This document shows positions 18,567 through 28,392 of a stretch of DNA of 44,825 nucleotides, one piece after another. Source of the stretch: a virus (taxonomy: Duplodnaviria > Caudoviricetes). The notes beneath the pieces were generated by a model. It did no database searches, had not been told where the DNA came from, and saw nothing but the letters and a program-made list of their open reading frames with translations. Within the stretch, counting starts at the first letter, position 1. The number at the start of each line of letters is the position of its first letter. The position numbers and the translations under genes are program-made. The DNA is taken from IMG/VR virus record IMGVR_UViG_3300048856_000103, positions 1 to 44,825 of that record; one strand, written 5' to 3'.

Positions 18567-19448
18567 TCACGCCCCCAGTCTCACGTCATAGGCGGTGCAG
18601 TAAGCGGCCTGGACCTGAGTCGGTTTGATGTCTTGCCAGTCGACCAACTCGACGCGCCGCACGCCGGTAATGTGCAGTTGCGCATCAATCGCCGACCGCG
18701 CGATCTCCACGCCCAGCCGACGGCGCGGGTTGACCCAGGCCGCGAGCCGCTTGCGGCACTCGGCCAGGATGGCTTCGTTCTCCGAGCCGCTGCCAACGGG
18801 GTGAATGACCGCGTCGATGGTGTACGGCAGCACCTCGGCGCTCTGCACCGTGAGCCGGTCACCGATAGGCCGCAGGTCCTCATCGCTCAGGTAAGCCTGA
18901 ACATGGGCAAGCAACTCAGGCGTCGCGACGCCATCGCCCTGCAACTGCTGAATCGTGACCACTGCTACTGCGGGTGACGGACTGATGGCAGTCGCATCGG
19001 CCACCAGCGCCGAGGCGTTGCGGGCATGCAGGACGTAGCTGCTGCGTGATCCCGCCGTGGTGAGCCCTTCCCAGCGCATCTGGATGCGCTCGCGCAGGGC
19101 GTCATCTTCCTCGAGTACTTCCGCCGTCGGCGGTACCGCCGTCAGATCCTCAGGCTGGATGACCAGGCGCTTTAGATTGACCCTTGCCGCCAGTTGCTCC
19201 AGATCGGCGCGCTTCGCATACGGAAGCAGCAGCGCCTTGGCGGCGTCATTGACCCGCGCCCTGTTGGCCATCTTGCGATAGGCCGCAACTTCCAGCAGCT
19301 TAACCACCGGGTCGCTCTCCAGCGGCGCCGTCCAGTTGTCGCCCATCAACAACCGGAACCGCGCGAGTTCTTCGGCGTAGATGTCCTCGAAATCCAGCGG
19401 CTCCAATACATCGGGTACGGACAGACCCGAGAGGTCGACGATGTTCAT
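18567..19448 (-). CDS. Baseplate J-like protein
   Basis: ESDPVVKLLE, EEDDALRER, TAG, RPIGD. Confidence 0.93.
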   Translation of the reverse strand: MNIVDLSGLSVPDVLEPLDFEDIYAEELARFRLLMGDNWTAPLESDPVVKLLEVAAYRKMANRARVNDAAKALLLPYAKRADLEQLAARVNLKRLVIQPEDLTAVPPTAEVLEEDDALRERIQMRWEGLTTAGSRSSYVLHARNASALVADATAISPSPAVAVVTIQQLQGDGVATPELLAHVQAYLSDEDLRPIGDRLTVQSAEVLPYTIDAVIHPVGSGSENEAILAECRKRLAAWVNPRRRLGVEIARSAIDAQLHITGVRRVELVDWQDIKPTQVQAAYCTAYDVRLGA

Positions 19449-19774
19449 GCAGCCACCTCCAGCAGTACGCGCTCGCCTTCGTAATCCGCAGTGAGGCGAA
19501 AGGAGATTTTGCCGCCGGCCACCGCCACGGCCTGGATGCTGGAAATCACAACCCGAGGCTCATACCGACCCAGCGCCCGGGCGGCCTCGGCCTGAACCGC
19601 GCCTTTCCAGCCCTCGGTCACCGGCAAATCGACGTAACGCCGCAGCGCGCTGCCGTACTCGGGCCGCATGCGACGGGAGCCGAGCGGCGTCGAGAGAATG
19701 TCGCCGATGGACTGACGCAGATGAGCAAGACCGGTCAGAGGCTTGCCGGTGACGCGGTCCATTCCGATCATCAA
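19445..19774 (-). CDS. Baseplate wedge W / gp25 family
   Basis: HLRQSIGDILSTPLGSR.MRPEYGS, EPR. Confidence 0.93.
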   Translation of the reverse strand: MMIGMDRVTGKPLTGLAHLRQSIGDILSTPLGSRRMRPEYGSALRRYVDLPVTEGWKGAVQAEAARALGRYEPRVVISSIQAVAVAGGKISFRLTADYEGERVLLEVAA

Positions 19775-20044
19775 TCAGTCCTCCTGCAGGCGTACCAGAT
19801 CCGGATGCCCACTGAGGTATTGCAGATCGGCATCGGTGGTGGCGACCGCGCGGCCCTTGGCTACGGCAATGGTGCCGCCGTCCGGGGTGATCAGCGTCCG
19901 CGACATGTACAGCGTGTCGCGAAACACATGCGTGGTTTCAGCGGGCTTTGTCTCGGGACCTGGTGCAGCAGTCGGTTCATCCATCGCACCCAGCGTTTGA
20001 AGATTGACCATTGCCGTGCTTGGCTCAGCCCGTGATTTGCTCAT
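19775..20044 (-). CDS. Hypothetical phage tail-region protein
   Basis: ATG 20044 with GGAG RBS; FRDTLYMSRTLI; fills the V-W gap. Confidence 0.7.
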   Translation of the reverse strand: MSKSRAEPSTAMVNLQTLGAMDEPTAAPGPETKPAETTHVFRDTLYMSRTLITPDGGTIAVAKGRAVATTDADLQYLSGHPDLVRLQED

Positions 20045-20060
20045 AAGGAATTCTCCAGAT

Positions 20061-20086
20061 ACAAAAAAGCCCGTACGCGACGGGCT
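20061..20086 (-). terminator. Intrinsic terminator after gpV
   Basis: AGCCCGT-CGCGT-ACGGGCT stem plus T run on the minus strand. Confidence 0.65.
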
Positions 20087-20099
20087 GTGGTTTGGTTGA

Positions 20100-20660
20100 T
20101 CAGTGGACGTGGTTAGGCGTGTTGCCACCGGCATCGATGATCATGCCGAGCCCCGTGATGTCGCCAGAGACCGTCAACGGGCCGGCGATTTCAGTGGCCC
20201 CGACGAGCTTGATCGACCCCGAGGTGATCGTGACCCCACCATCTGATACAACGATCATCGACCCGCCCACCTTGATCGTGCCGGTACCGGTCGGCAGAGT
20301 GATGTCGTACGTGCTGGCCTCCCAGTCATAAACCAGTGAGCCGCCATCATCGAACCGCCAGACCTCGACGTGATCGCGGTTGTCAGGCTGCGGGTAAGTG
20401 TCGCTGTACAGCCCCGCGATGAAGCGCCCAAGGCCGGGTTGCCCATGGGGGCAAAGCAGCGTCCCTTTCTCATTGATGCTGGGCGCTCGCCAGTGCCGGG
20501 CCTCGCCCGCAGCCTGGCTGTGCCAACGCACCCATGGGCTCACCCAGCCGCGGGAGTCGATTCGCACTTTCCCCTCGACGGTGTCGACAGCCACAACATG
20601 GCCGGGCATCAGCATCGCGCCGATCATTCGGTCGTGTTCAGCAAGGGCTTCGCGACTCAT
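20100..20660 (-). CDS. Baseplate assembly/spike protein V
   Basis: WVRW...AG..RHWRAPS..E, F.DGG...YD, terminal HVH metal-binding tip. Confidence 0.93.
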   Translation of the reverse strand: MSREALAEHDRMIGAMLMPGHVVAVDTVEGKVRIDSRGWVSPWVRWHSQAAGEARHWRAPSINEKGTLLCPHGQPGLGRFIAGLYSDTYPQPDNRDHVEVWRFDDGGSLVYDWEASTYDITLPTGTGTIKVGGSMIVVSDGGVTITSGSIKLVGATEIAGPLTVSGDITGLGMIIDAGGNTPNHVH

Positions 20661-21202
20661 ACGATTCCGACGTCGATGTCGACCTGATCAGGGTCCAGCT
20701 CTGGTTCCAGGAAAGCCGGCGCCGTATCAGGCCAGGGCCATTGTTCCTCGCCCAGATTGATCTCTTGAGTCCACTCGACTTTCCAGACGGTGTAGCCATC
20801 GAGCTCCGGACGGCTCCAGTCAGGCCCGGCCTGCACAAAAACGGCCGCATCGACGTGATCAAGATCCCAGTACTGGGCCCGAAGCAGTACGGCGAGTTGA
20901 GTGGCCAGATGTGCCGCCTGCTGGTGATGCCCGGCCTGTTCAGCTGCAACGATCACGTAGCCATCCATTCGACAGACCAACGGGGTTTCGCCGGTACCGC
21001 GATCGTGTCCCGGCTCCACCTCGGCAAGCTCAAGCAGCAGCGCGGGAAGCTGAACGCGATCCCGAATGTCCGGCCATGCCGCCACGGTCTGGAACCCGGA
21101 CATTTGCTCGCGGATCTGCAGCTCGACAGCGCTCATGAACTTGGTCAGTGTGAGCGGTTGCTCATCAGCCGGCGGTTCGTCGCAGGTATTTTTGCAGTTC
21201 AA
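20657..21202 (-). CDS. Tail terminator/completion-like protein (start uncertain)
   Basis: Position between gpZ and gpV; D.GTGET, PELDGY.VW.VEW. Confidence 0.65.
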   Translation of the reverse strand: MNCKNTCDEPPADEQPLTLTKFMSAVELQIREQMSGFQTVAAWPDIRDRVQLPALLLELAEVEPGHDRGTGETPLVCRMDGYVIVAAEQAGHHQQAAHLATQLAVLLRAQYWDLDHVDAAVFVQAGPDWSRPELDGYTVWKVEWTQEINLGEEQWPWPDTAPAFLEPELDPDQVDIDVGIV

Positions 21203-21827
21203 AATTCAGCTCCTGTTTGAGAATGTGCAGCAAGCGTTCGTCAGCTCGCCGTGCCCAGCTGTCGAACAGCGATCTGGCGTCCTCAATCGCCACTTTCGCC
21301 TTGGCGAGCGGGAAGCGGTTGTCGTTCTCGGCTATCCAGCCAGAGCTGACGCCGGCCGCAGCGGACACGTCGCTTTCCGGGTAATCCCGCGCGTTGAATT
21401 GCTTGCTGGCAGTGCGAATCCAGATGTCCGGGCGGTTGCCGTAGACCTTCTTGTAGAACGCCCCCTTGTAGCGCCGCCGCCCGACTGACACGCCCGATGC
21501 GGTCTGCCGTGCCCGGCCGGTACGGCTGGCCTCGATAGGATTGAGCCCGAACCACAATTTGCCCTGCGTGCTACCGGCCTTGACCGAATACGCTCGCAGA
21601 CGCTGCCGCACCGCGCGCATGGCGATGCCTTCTTTGCGACCCACCTCTCGGGCGAGGTGGGTACGCAACCAACCCAGCGTTTTGTTGATCGCCCGCCGCT
21701 GGGCATTGGCGGCGGCTTTCGGTACGAGCTGAGCGAAGTCGGTGAAGGCCTTGAGATCGGCCGTCGAGGGCTGAATGGTGATGAGCCCACTGCTGGCCGA
21801 CGTTTTGTAGAACGAACCGATACTCAT
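21165..21827 (-). CDS. Minor tail protein Z-like
   Basis: RRAINKT, LWFGLNP, GAF; neck-module position. Confidence 0.78.
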   Translation of the reverse strand: MSIGSFYKTSASSGLITIQPSTADLKAFTDFAQLVPKAAANAQRRAINKTLGWLRTHLAREVGRKEGIAMRAVRQRLRAYSVKAGSTQGKLWFGLNPIEASRTGRARQTASGVSVGRRRYKGAFYKKVYGNRPDIWIRTASKQFNARDYPESDVSAAAGVSSGWIAENDNRFPLAKAKVAIEDARSLFDSWARRADERLLHILKQELNFELQKYLRRTAG

Positions 21828-22138
21828 GGCTTGAGCCTCAAGACGAGTGCGACAAGACCGGCGCCGTCAGGCTCCAGTCGCACAATGATGTACTCGCCGC
21901 CGCCATCCAGTTTCGGCAGGTCGATCGTGAGGCCTTGGCCTTGATCCACCTCCCCGGCATCCGCTGTGCGCATGACGAAGCTCGGCTCGCGAAGCCCCGT
22001 GTTCAGCTTCCCGAACTGAGGCTGCAGCCAGGGCGCGGCGAACATACCGAGCACAGGTCGGCCCTCAATCACGGCGGTGTCAGCCAGCGTGTTGAAGACG
22101 GTGTCATCAACCTCTGCCACCAGGTCTCGAAAGCCCAT
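21824..22138 (-). CDS. Head-tail joining protein
   Basis: MGFRDLVAEVD..., EPDGAGLVAL; directly after the capsid gene. Confidence 0.75.
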   Translation of the reverse strand: MGFRDLVAEVDDTVFNTLADTAVIEGRPVLGMFAAPWLQPQFGKLNTGLREPSFVMRTADAGEVDQGQGLTIDLPKLDGGGEYIIVRLEPDGAGLVALVLRLKP

Positions 22139-22140
22139 AA

Positions 22141-23136
22141 TCAAAGGGTCAGCCGGATGACTGCACGCGGACGTGTGCAAAGGTGCAGCGGGTTGGACTG
22201 CGCCTCGCCGTCGACTCCCTTGCCGAAAGGCATCAGCTCCATCTTGCTGTAGTACGGAATGCCCAGCGTGTTCACGGTCTCCATGTAGTCCGCCGGGGCG
22301 AAGGCGGACTTGAACAGTTCCGGCACGCCCTCCGGCACTAGCTGGGCCTGGTCGTCGGCGATGAAAGCGACCCCGGCCACCTTGCCGCGATAGCGCTCCC
22401 AGGTGACGCCGCCGAAATCGAATGATTCTCGGCCGTCGCCGCGCAAGGCGGCTGCCTGAAGCGTCGCCTTGTATGTGTTCACCACTGAAGGGTGAGAGAT
22501 GAGCTCCGACCAGAACGTTTTGCCGCAAAACCCTCGCGAGCCGCTGCTGGTCACGCTACCCAGCGCGTCCTCCTGCATGTCGAGCGCCTCGACGCATTTG
22601 ACCTGAACCAAGGTATCGGGGTTAGCGAACTCCATGGGCATGCTTTGGCGCTGCACACCGAAGCGCGCGTAAATGTCGAGCAGGACCGTGCTGCCGTCGG
22701 CATCCAGGACCTGGCCCTTGATCGCCCCCATGCGTTGAAACTCATGGGTAACGTCCAGCTGACGTCTGGCCTTGGCCAGCCGCTTGTTCACCACGTCCTG
22801 TACGGCCTGCAATTCGCCCTGAGTGCCGAACGCGCGGATGCCTTGAATCTCATCCGCCTTGATGCTGAAGCGTTGCGGCAAATGCACGGTGTTGAACGGG
22901 ATGAGCACCCGCTTGCTGCCGCCCACTACCAGGCCGGAAGTGCCACGCTCGCCGGCCGGTACCAGCGCCAGCGTGTCGCCGTCCTTCTCGATCTGAACCG
23001 TAAGGGTGGTCACACCCTCCTCTTCAAACAGACCCATGCTGCCGATGCGACCCGGCAGATATTCCTGTTCGTTGATAGCGGTGGTGAGGCTTGAGACGCT
23101 GAACGCGTCATCTTCAAAAATGCCGATGTCGGCCAT
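22141..23136 (-). CDS. Major capsid protein (lambda E family)
   Basis: DAFSVSSLT.AIN, E.QRMGAIKG, FAPADY.ETVNT.G, EAQSNPL.LCTRP. Confidence 0.93.
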   Translation of the reverse strand: MADIGIFEDDAFSVSSLTTAINEQEYLPGRIGSMGLFEEEGVTTLTVQIEKDGDTLALVPAGERGTSGLVVGGSKRVLIPFNTVHLPQRFSIKADEIQGIRAFGTQGELQAVQDVVNKRLAKARRQLDVTHEFQRMGAIKGQVLDADGSTVLLDIYARFGVQRQSMPMEFANPDTLVQVKCVEALDMQEDALGSVTSSGSRGFCGKTFWSELISHPSVVNTYKATLQAAALRGDGRESFDFGGVTWERYRGKVAGVAFIADDQAQLVPEGVPELFKSAFAPADYMETVNTLGIPYYSKMELMPFGKGVDGEAQSNPLHLCTRPRAVIRLTL

Positions 23137-23150
23137 GGAATGACTCCAGA

Positions 23151-23177
23151 AATAACAAACCCCGCACTGGGCGGGGT
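23151..23177 (-). terminator. Terminator-like hairpin between decoration and capsid genes
   Basis: ACCCCGC-CCAGT-GCGGGGT followed by TTGTTATTT. Confidence 0.55.
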
Positions 23178-23197
23178 CAGGGTGTTTGGGGATAGTC

Positions 23198-23542
23198 TCA
23201 GCGGACGATGATGAATCGCGCGGCAAGCGCCTTCTCGGCGTCCGTATCCAGGCCGGTTAAAAGTGTCTCGCTGACCTCGGCCAGCCGCACAACGGCACGA
23301 CCGCGACGCGTGACGTCAGATTGACCGAGCGGGCCGAACAGGATGCAGGCCGCCGTTTCGGTGCCGTCTTCGGCAGCGGGATCGTAGGGCGCGAATTCGC
23401 CGCTGGCAGTGATCAGTCCAAGGAGCTGGCCAGGCGCAAGCGCCGCCCCCGCCGCGACATTGATCGCCTCACGTGAGATCTGGCCGTTGCCTTCCGAGAG
23501 CAGGAACTCCCCGGCGTGAATCGCTTCTTGTTTGATATTCAT
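23198..23542 (-). CDS. Head decoration protein (lambda D family)
   Basis: EFLLSE..G.ISRE, DP.A.DG.E.A..IL. Confidence 0.9.
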   Translation of the reverse strand: MNIKQEAIHAGEFLLSEGNGQISREAINVAAGAALAPGQLLGLITASGEFAPYDPAAEDGTETAACILFGPLGQSDVTRRGRAVVRLAEVSETLLTGLDTDAEKALAARFIIVR

Positions 23543-24687
23543 TGTCTGGCTCCAGGTGCCGGGGTTCGTTGTTGTTGGGTGCCGCGCCGTGCGGCCCAGA
23601 TGCCGCCTGGGTCGGGCTGCCGCGCTCTGTGCTGAACGACGTTGTCCGGCTCTAACGGCAAGCTGTTGTCGATCTCAAAACCACCTTTGCCGGTGAGCTT
23701 GTCGAACAGTCGTGCGCGCACTGCCTGCGGGTCGAGGTCGTCGCGCACGAAGCCCTCGACCAGCTCAGGCAAGCGGGCGGCTACACACAGGTCCCGCACC
23801 GATTTTGCTTTGGTTAGTGCTGCCTGCACGGTGGCTTCGTCTGCCAGCTTGGTGAGGCTGATCAGTGGCTCGATGAGGTTGCTTATCCCGGCCGCCGTAC
23901 AGCCTTGGGTAATCATCAGCGCCAACGTGGAAGACTGGTTCTCCGCCGGTGGTGCTGGAGGATTTTCAGGAGCTGCCGGTTCCGGCGGATCCGTGGCGTC
24001 GTCGAGTTGGGCAAGCAGGGCTTTCGGGGCGCATTGGTAGCGTTGCAGCACAGCCCCTTCGCCGATGCAGGCTTTGACCTCAATTCCGTTGCCGATCTCG
24101 TCGGCCAGCCCCAGCGCCACCGCTTCGGCAGCAGTCAGCCAGGTCTCCGCATTGACCAGCCGCCGCAGCTCTTCCTCGTCGATGTTTGGCGCTTTGGCCT
24201 TGTAGGCTGAAATGATGACCTCGAACGTCTGGTCCAGCACGTCAGCGACCCGTCGCAACGCCTCGGCGTCGCCGCTGGAATACGTCCACGGGTTGTGAAT
24301 CATCATCATGGCGTTAGCTGCGATCACCACGCGGTGCGCACCGCAGGCCGCGACACTGGCTGCGCTCGCGGCCAGGGCGTCGATGCGGGCGGTACATCGC
24401 TCGCCCAGACGCGACAGCGCGTTGTGCATGGCCAGGCCATCGAAGAGATCGCCGCCAACGCTGTTGAACGCGACCATGACGGGTGATGCACCGTCGTCCA
24501 GCGCTCGCAGATCCTGCACGAACTGGCTGGCCGTGATGCCCCAGCCGCCGATCTCGCCGTAGACATAAACCTCAATGCCGGGCGTCTCCGCCTCTGCGCT
24601 GGCCCGCAGGAAATACCAGCTCTTCGCCGAGACAGGCAGCTGCTTGCCCGCGCTGTCGTAAATCGTTGGAGCAGACTTTTTTCTCAT
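23539..24687 (-). CDS. ClpP-like head maturation protease/scaffold
   Basis: NSVGGD, LAASAAS, MMIHNPW, ETWLTA.EA. Confidence 0.93.
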   Translation of the reverse strand: MRKKSAPTIYDSAGKQLPVSAKSWYFLRASAEAETPGIEVYVYGEIGGWGITASQFVQDLRALDDGASPVMVAFNSVGGDLFDGLAMHNALSRLGERCTARIDALAASAASVAACGAHRVVIAANAMMMIHNPWTYSSGDAEALRRVADVLDQTFEVIISAYKAKAPNIDEEELRRLVNAETWLTAAEAVALGLADEIGNGIEVKACIGEGAVLQRYQCAPKALLAQLDDATDPPEPAAPENPPAPPAENQSSTLALMITQGCTAAGISNLIEPLISLTKLADEATVQAALTKAKSVRDLCVAARLPELVEGFVRDDLDPQAVRARLFDKLTGKGGFEIDNSLPLEPDNVVQHRARQPDPGGIWAARRGTQQQRTPAPGARQ

Positions 24688-26162
24688 GGTTGATCCTTGT
24701 CGTCCGTTGCTTCGAACGTGTTCAGCGTTCTGTAATTGAGGCCCAGCGACTGCGCCCTGAGCTGGTCTGCGGCGTTCTCGGCATCGACGGTTTCCGCGTC
24801 GTAACCGGTACGCAGCACCATCTCGCTGCGCGAGCCGAAACCCGCGTTGACTTCAAGCATCCGTGACTGCACGTCTTGCACCGGGTGGATGTAGGCCCAG
24901 CCTTGCGGGACCCAACGGGTGCGCAGGTACTCACGGCGGCGTTGCGCGTAGTCCGGCAACGCCAGCGCGCCGGAGAGCACGGCCATGTCCATCCATGCCG
25001 CCCGCACCGGCCGGCATAGCTGGTGGACATAGACGCTGAACTGCAGCTGTTCGAGCCGCCGACGAAACTCGTTGAGGACGACGCGTAGCGCTCGGTCGTT
25101 GACATCGCGCATGTCGCCAGTCAGCAGCTCATAGGGCGTACCGCTGCCGGCCGCTGCGGCCATCAGTTGCTGCCGCATGAAATCCGGGTAGTTGTTGCCG
25201 GCATCGGGCGGTTTCGAAAACTCCACCTCCTCGCCCGGCCCGAGCTCCTGCATGGTGCCGGGCTCCAGCGCCACCATCGGCGTGAAGCCGTCTGCATCGG
25301 TGTTCAGCAACTGTCCGGTGACTGGGTCGCGTGGGACCTGTACAGCGTCTGGTGCAGGCCGGCTGATGAAACCGGCGAAGAGGTTCGCGACCTCTTGCCG
25401 GAACAGCACCGCGTCGTCGTAGTTGTCGAGACTGCGCAGGCGCTTGAGCACCGGCGACAGCCGTGGCAAACCCCGAAGCTGGCCGGGCTCAACCGGCTCG
25501 AAAATGTGCAGCACCTGGCTGGCCGGTATGCGCACCAGCTGGTTGTACCCGCTGTTCAGGCCTTGGCTTTCGCGCGGGTGTGATCGGTACATCCAGTACG
25601 CCACTCGCTTGCCGGATGGTTCGAATTCGATGCCGGCCCTGATCGAGTTGCCGTTGCTGGTCATCTCGAACTTGTCGTGCGGCACGAATTCGGGCGCCAG
25701 GATCTGCAGCTGGATCGGCACGGCCAGTCCCTCGTCCAGACTTCGGGGCCTCAAGCGCACGAAGCATTCGCCGGCTGTTTCGACCGTGCGCGCGATGAGT
25801 GCCTGCTGCCCGTAGAAATCGGTCAGCCCGTCTGCATCCGCCTCCTCGACCCAATCCACCCAGAGCTCCTGAAGCAGCTTGCGCAGCTCAGGGTCCTCGG
25901 TGCGGGGCCTTGGGTTGATGCCCGTCCCAATGAGGTTGCTGACCCGCTTGTCGATGGTGTTGAAGGCATAAGGGTCATTGCGCACGGCTGCCCGCGACCG
26001 GCTGCGCAGATTGCGCAATGCAGGCATCATCAGGCTGTTCACGCTGCCATCCGGCGCCGTCCAGCTCGCGGAACGACGGCCCTCACCGGCACCGTCATAG
26101 CTGGCTTTGATGCGCTCCGGCAACAGGAACCCGCTGCGGGTCAGCGTCGGGTAGCGTGCCAT
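24684..26162 (-). CDS. Portal protein, lambda family
   Basis: LRSRSR..VRN, GQLRG.P, YELLTGD. Confidence 0.94.
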   Translation of the reverse strand: MARYPTLTRSGFLLPERIKASYDGAGEGRRSASWTAPDGSVNSLMMPALRNLRSRSRAAVRNDPYAFNTIDKRVSNLIGTGINPRPRTEDPELRKLLQELWVDWVEEADADGLTDFYGQQALIARTVETAGECFVRLRPRSLDEGLAVPIQLQILAPEFVPHDKFEMTSNGNSIRAGIEFEPSGKRVAYWMYRSHPRESQGLNSGYNQLVRIPASQVLHIFEPVEPGQLRGLPRLSPVLKRLRSLDNYDDAVLFRQEVANLFAGFISRPAPDAVQVPRDPVTGQLLNTDADGFTPMVALEPGTMQELGPGEEVEFSKPPDAGNNYPDFMRQQLMAAAAGSGTPYELLTGDMRDVNDRALRVVLNEFRRRLEQLQFSVYVHQLCRPVRAAWMDMAVLSGALALPDYAQRRREYLRTRWVPQGWAYIHPVQDVQSRMLEVNAGFGSRSEMVLRTGYDAETVDAENAADQLRAQSLGLNYRTLNTFEATDDKDQP

Positions 26163-26368
26163 CAGAGCCCCTTGCCGCTGTGGTACATCCGGTAGACCCG
26201 GGAGCGCGCCCGGGCATTACTGGCGAGCGACGTGCGGATCTCCTCGCGGGCCTTGAGCAGCTCGTCGACGGTGCGGTACTCCACGGTGCGGTCGGTGTAG
26301 CGGACGGTTTTCTCGCCACGAGCGATTGCCGCCTCGACGGCGTCGAGGTGCTTTTGGGTGAATGACAT
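26162..26368 (-). CDS. gpW-like head-tail joining protein
   Basis: AIARGEK.V...DRTVEYR..DEL; between terL and portal. Confidence 0.88.
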   Translation of the reverse strand: MSFTQKHLDAVEAAIARGEKTVRYTDRTVEYRTVDELLKAREEIRTSLASNARARSRVYRMYHSGKGL

Positions 26369-26369
26369 A

Positions 26370-28388
26370 TCAGCGTCTCTTCAGGTAACCGCTTTGTGAA
26401 CTGCGGCGGGTGGAGGTCGTTGCGGAGCGACTCGGTTGCACAGCAGGTGCTGCGGGCTGAGAGATCGTGGCGGCGCGAGGTGTTTCGTCAATCGGCGCAG
26501 GCGTGGCCGGTCGCTGCATCACCGCAGGTATTACGTTTTGGTCATCAAACAGCCCCGCCTGCGCGAGCGCTTGTCTTACCCGATCCCACTCATGTTCTTT
26601 GTATCGGTTGATCCCCAGGTAGTGCGCCATCGCCAGGTTGTAAACCATCAAGTCGAGCGCTTCGTTTCGCTCGGACTTGCCCTTGACCCACTCGATACGC
26701 TTGTAGCCACGGACATAGCGGGCAACCTTGCGCTCAGCGACACACTGAGCGAAAAACTCATCGGGCAAGTCATTGGCAAAGTGCAGCGCGCCAGGGCCTG
26801 ATTCAAACGGGTAGCGGTTGTAGATCCAGTCCTTGGCCGTGTCGGTGCCGACGATCCACAGCTCGGCACCATTGCGTTCGGTCTGGCCCTTCCAGGTGAC
26901 GTCGACTTGCGACGGCCGTTGCGCAATAACGGGTTTGTTAGGCTTGCTCGCGCCTTTTACGGCGAACACATTGCGCCAGCGCCGCACACGGCAGAACTGG
27001 TAAACCTCGTCGGTGTGATTGCCACCTGAGTCGACCGCCGTAGCCAGCACGCCCAGACCAACACCAGAGGGATGCCGGTAACGAACCTTCAGCAGCTCTT
27101 CCAGCGCGGCCCACGTGCGCTCATCTGCGGGATCGCCGGCGATGACCTGGACATCAACGACCCATCTTTCCATGCCCATGCCCCAACCCATCGCCATGAA
27201 CTCGAGGCGATTGGCCTGGACGTCGACAGCGCCGGTGATCATGAGGACGCCGGCCGGCATTGAGCCGAGCGAGTAAAGCTCAAGCCTTGCGCGGGCCATC
27301 AACACATCGGCTTTGGTTTGCTCCTGCGCGCTGTCCCAGACTCTGGCCAGCCGGGTGTTGTAGAACACCTGCATGGGCTCCAGGTCGCCCTTGGCCTGGG
27401 CTTTTTTGGCTTTCTCGAATTGCTTGGCCAGCGCCCGCCAGTCCATCCAGCCCGGCGGCGAATACAGCGCGTTGAGGTTGAAGCCCACAGTTTCGCCGTC
27501 GCCGATAGACATCGCGCGCCACTCGCCTTTGGCAAGCATCTCGCCCTTGTGATGCTCCTCGATCAGCACATCGCAGTCGGGGCCGGCGCACTGGTAATGC
27601 GCCAGTGTCAGGTCCGCCGAGTAGTGCAAGCGCTCCCATTCCAGCGTCTGCATGTGTCCGCAGGTCGGGCACGGCACGAAGTAGTAGCGTTGGTCGCTGG
27701 CCTCGAACAGATCGGCGATCCGCGACGCGCCCTTGATCGTTGGCGAGCTGGAGAAGTAGAACTTGGCGTTGCGGCCAAAGGTACTGCCCCGGGTTTCCGC
27801 CAGCTCGATCGGGTCACCCTCCTCGCCCACGTCGACGTCCCAGCGGTCCACTTCGTCGCCGTACACGTACCGAGCCGATAGCTCAGACAAGTTCGCGGCG
27901 GAGCCTGCGGTGGTGACGTACAACGAGCCGCCTTCAAACTCCTTGGTGTCCATGGTGTTGCGCGAGTCCCGCGACCGGGTCGCCGCCACGCGCTCGCGCA
28001 GCACCGGCGTGGCCTTGATCGTTTTGCTGATCCGCGACGACACCCGCTTGGCAAGGCCCAGGCTCGGCAGCAGCGTGAGGATGTTCGACGGCGCCATGTG
28101 AATCAGGCCACCGATCCAGTTCAGCGCAATCTGAGTTTTCATCAACTGCGATGCCACCATGGTGACGACGCGCTTGCACGGGTGCGCCGGTGAAAGGCAG
28201 CGCATGGGCTCGCGGGCATACGGTGTGCGCGAGGTGCGGTATTGGCCGGGTTCGGCGGCGCCGGTGTCACGCGGGATGCGCATGTACTCATCGGCCCATT
28301 CGTCGACCCAGAGATCCGGGTCGGGAGTCAGCCCCCGGTAATACGCTTCGCGGTACACCTCTGCACCGTCTGCGTATCCAGGTTGCAT
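26370..28388 (-). CDS. Terminase large subunit (lambda GpA family)
   Basis: RTPY..E, ASQLMKT, DEVDR, SSPT, DVQ, DSGG, RNEALD. Confidence 0.95.
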   Translation of the reverse strand: MQPGYADGAEVYREAYYRGLTPDPDLWVDEWADEYMRIPRDTGAAEPGQYRTSRTPYAREPMRCLSPAHPCKRVVTMVASQLMKTQIALNWIGGLIHMAPSNILTLLPSLGLAKRVSSRISKTIKATPVLRERVAATRSRDSRNTMDTKEFEGGSLYVTTAGSAANLSELSARYVYGDEVDRWDVDVGEEGDPIELAETRGSTFGRNAKFYFSSSPTIKGASRIADLFEASDQRYYFVPCPTCGHMQTLEWERLHYSADLTLAHYQCAGPDCDVLIEEHHKGEMLAKGEWRAMSIGDGETVGFNLNALYSPPGWMDWRALAKQFEKAKKAQAKGDLEPMQVFYNTRLARVWDSAQEQTKADVLMARARLELYSLGSMPAGVLMITGAVDVQANRLEFMAMGWGMGMERWVVDVQVIAGDPADERTWAALEELLKVRYRHPSGVGLGVLATAVDSGGNHTDEVYQFCRVRRWRNVFAVKGASKPNKPVIAQRPSQVDVTWKGQTERNGAELWIVGTDTAKDWIYNRYPFESGPGALHFANDLPDEFFAQCVAERKVARYVRGYKRIEWVKGKSERNEALDLMVYNLAMAHYLGINRYKEHEWDRVRQALAQAGLFDDQNVIPAVMQRPATPAPIDETPRAATISQPAAPAVQPSRSATTSTRRSSQSGYLKRR

Positions 28389-28392
28389 AGGC

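Noticed and set aside
21824-22528. Long N-terminal extensions in the ORF track (also capsid, holin, cII, primase, Q-like)
   Set aside because: They overlap upstream genes; downstream ATGs with RBS or translational coupling were used instead
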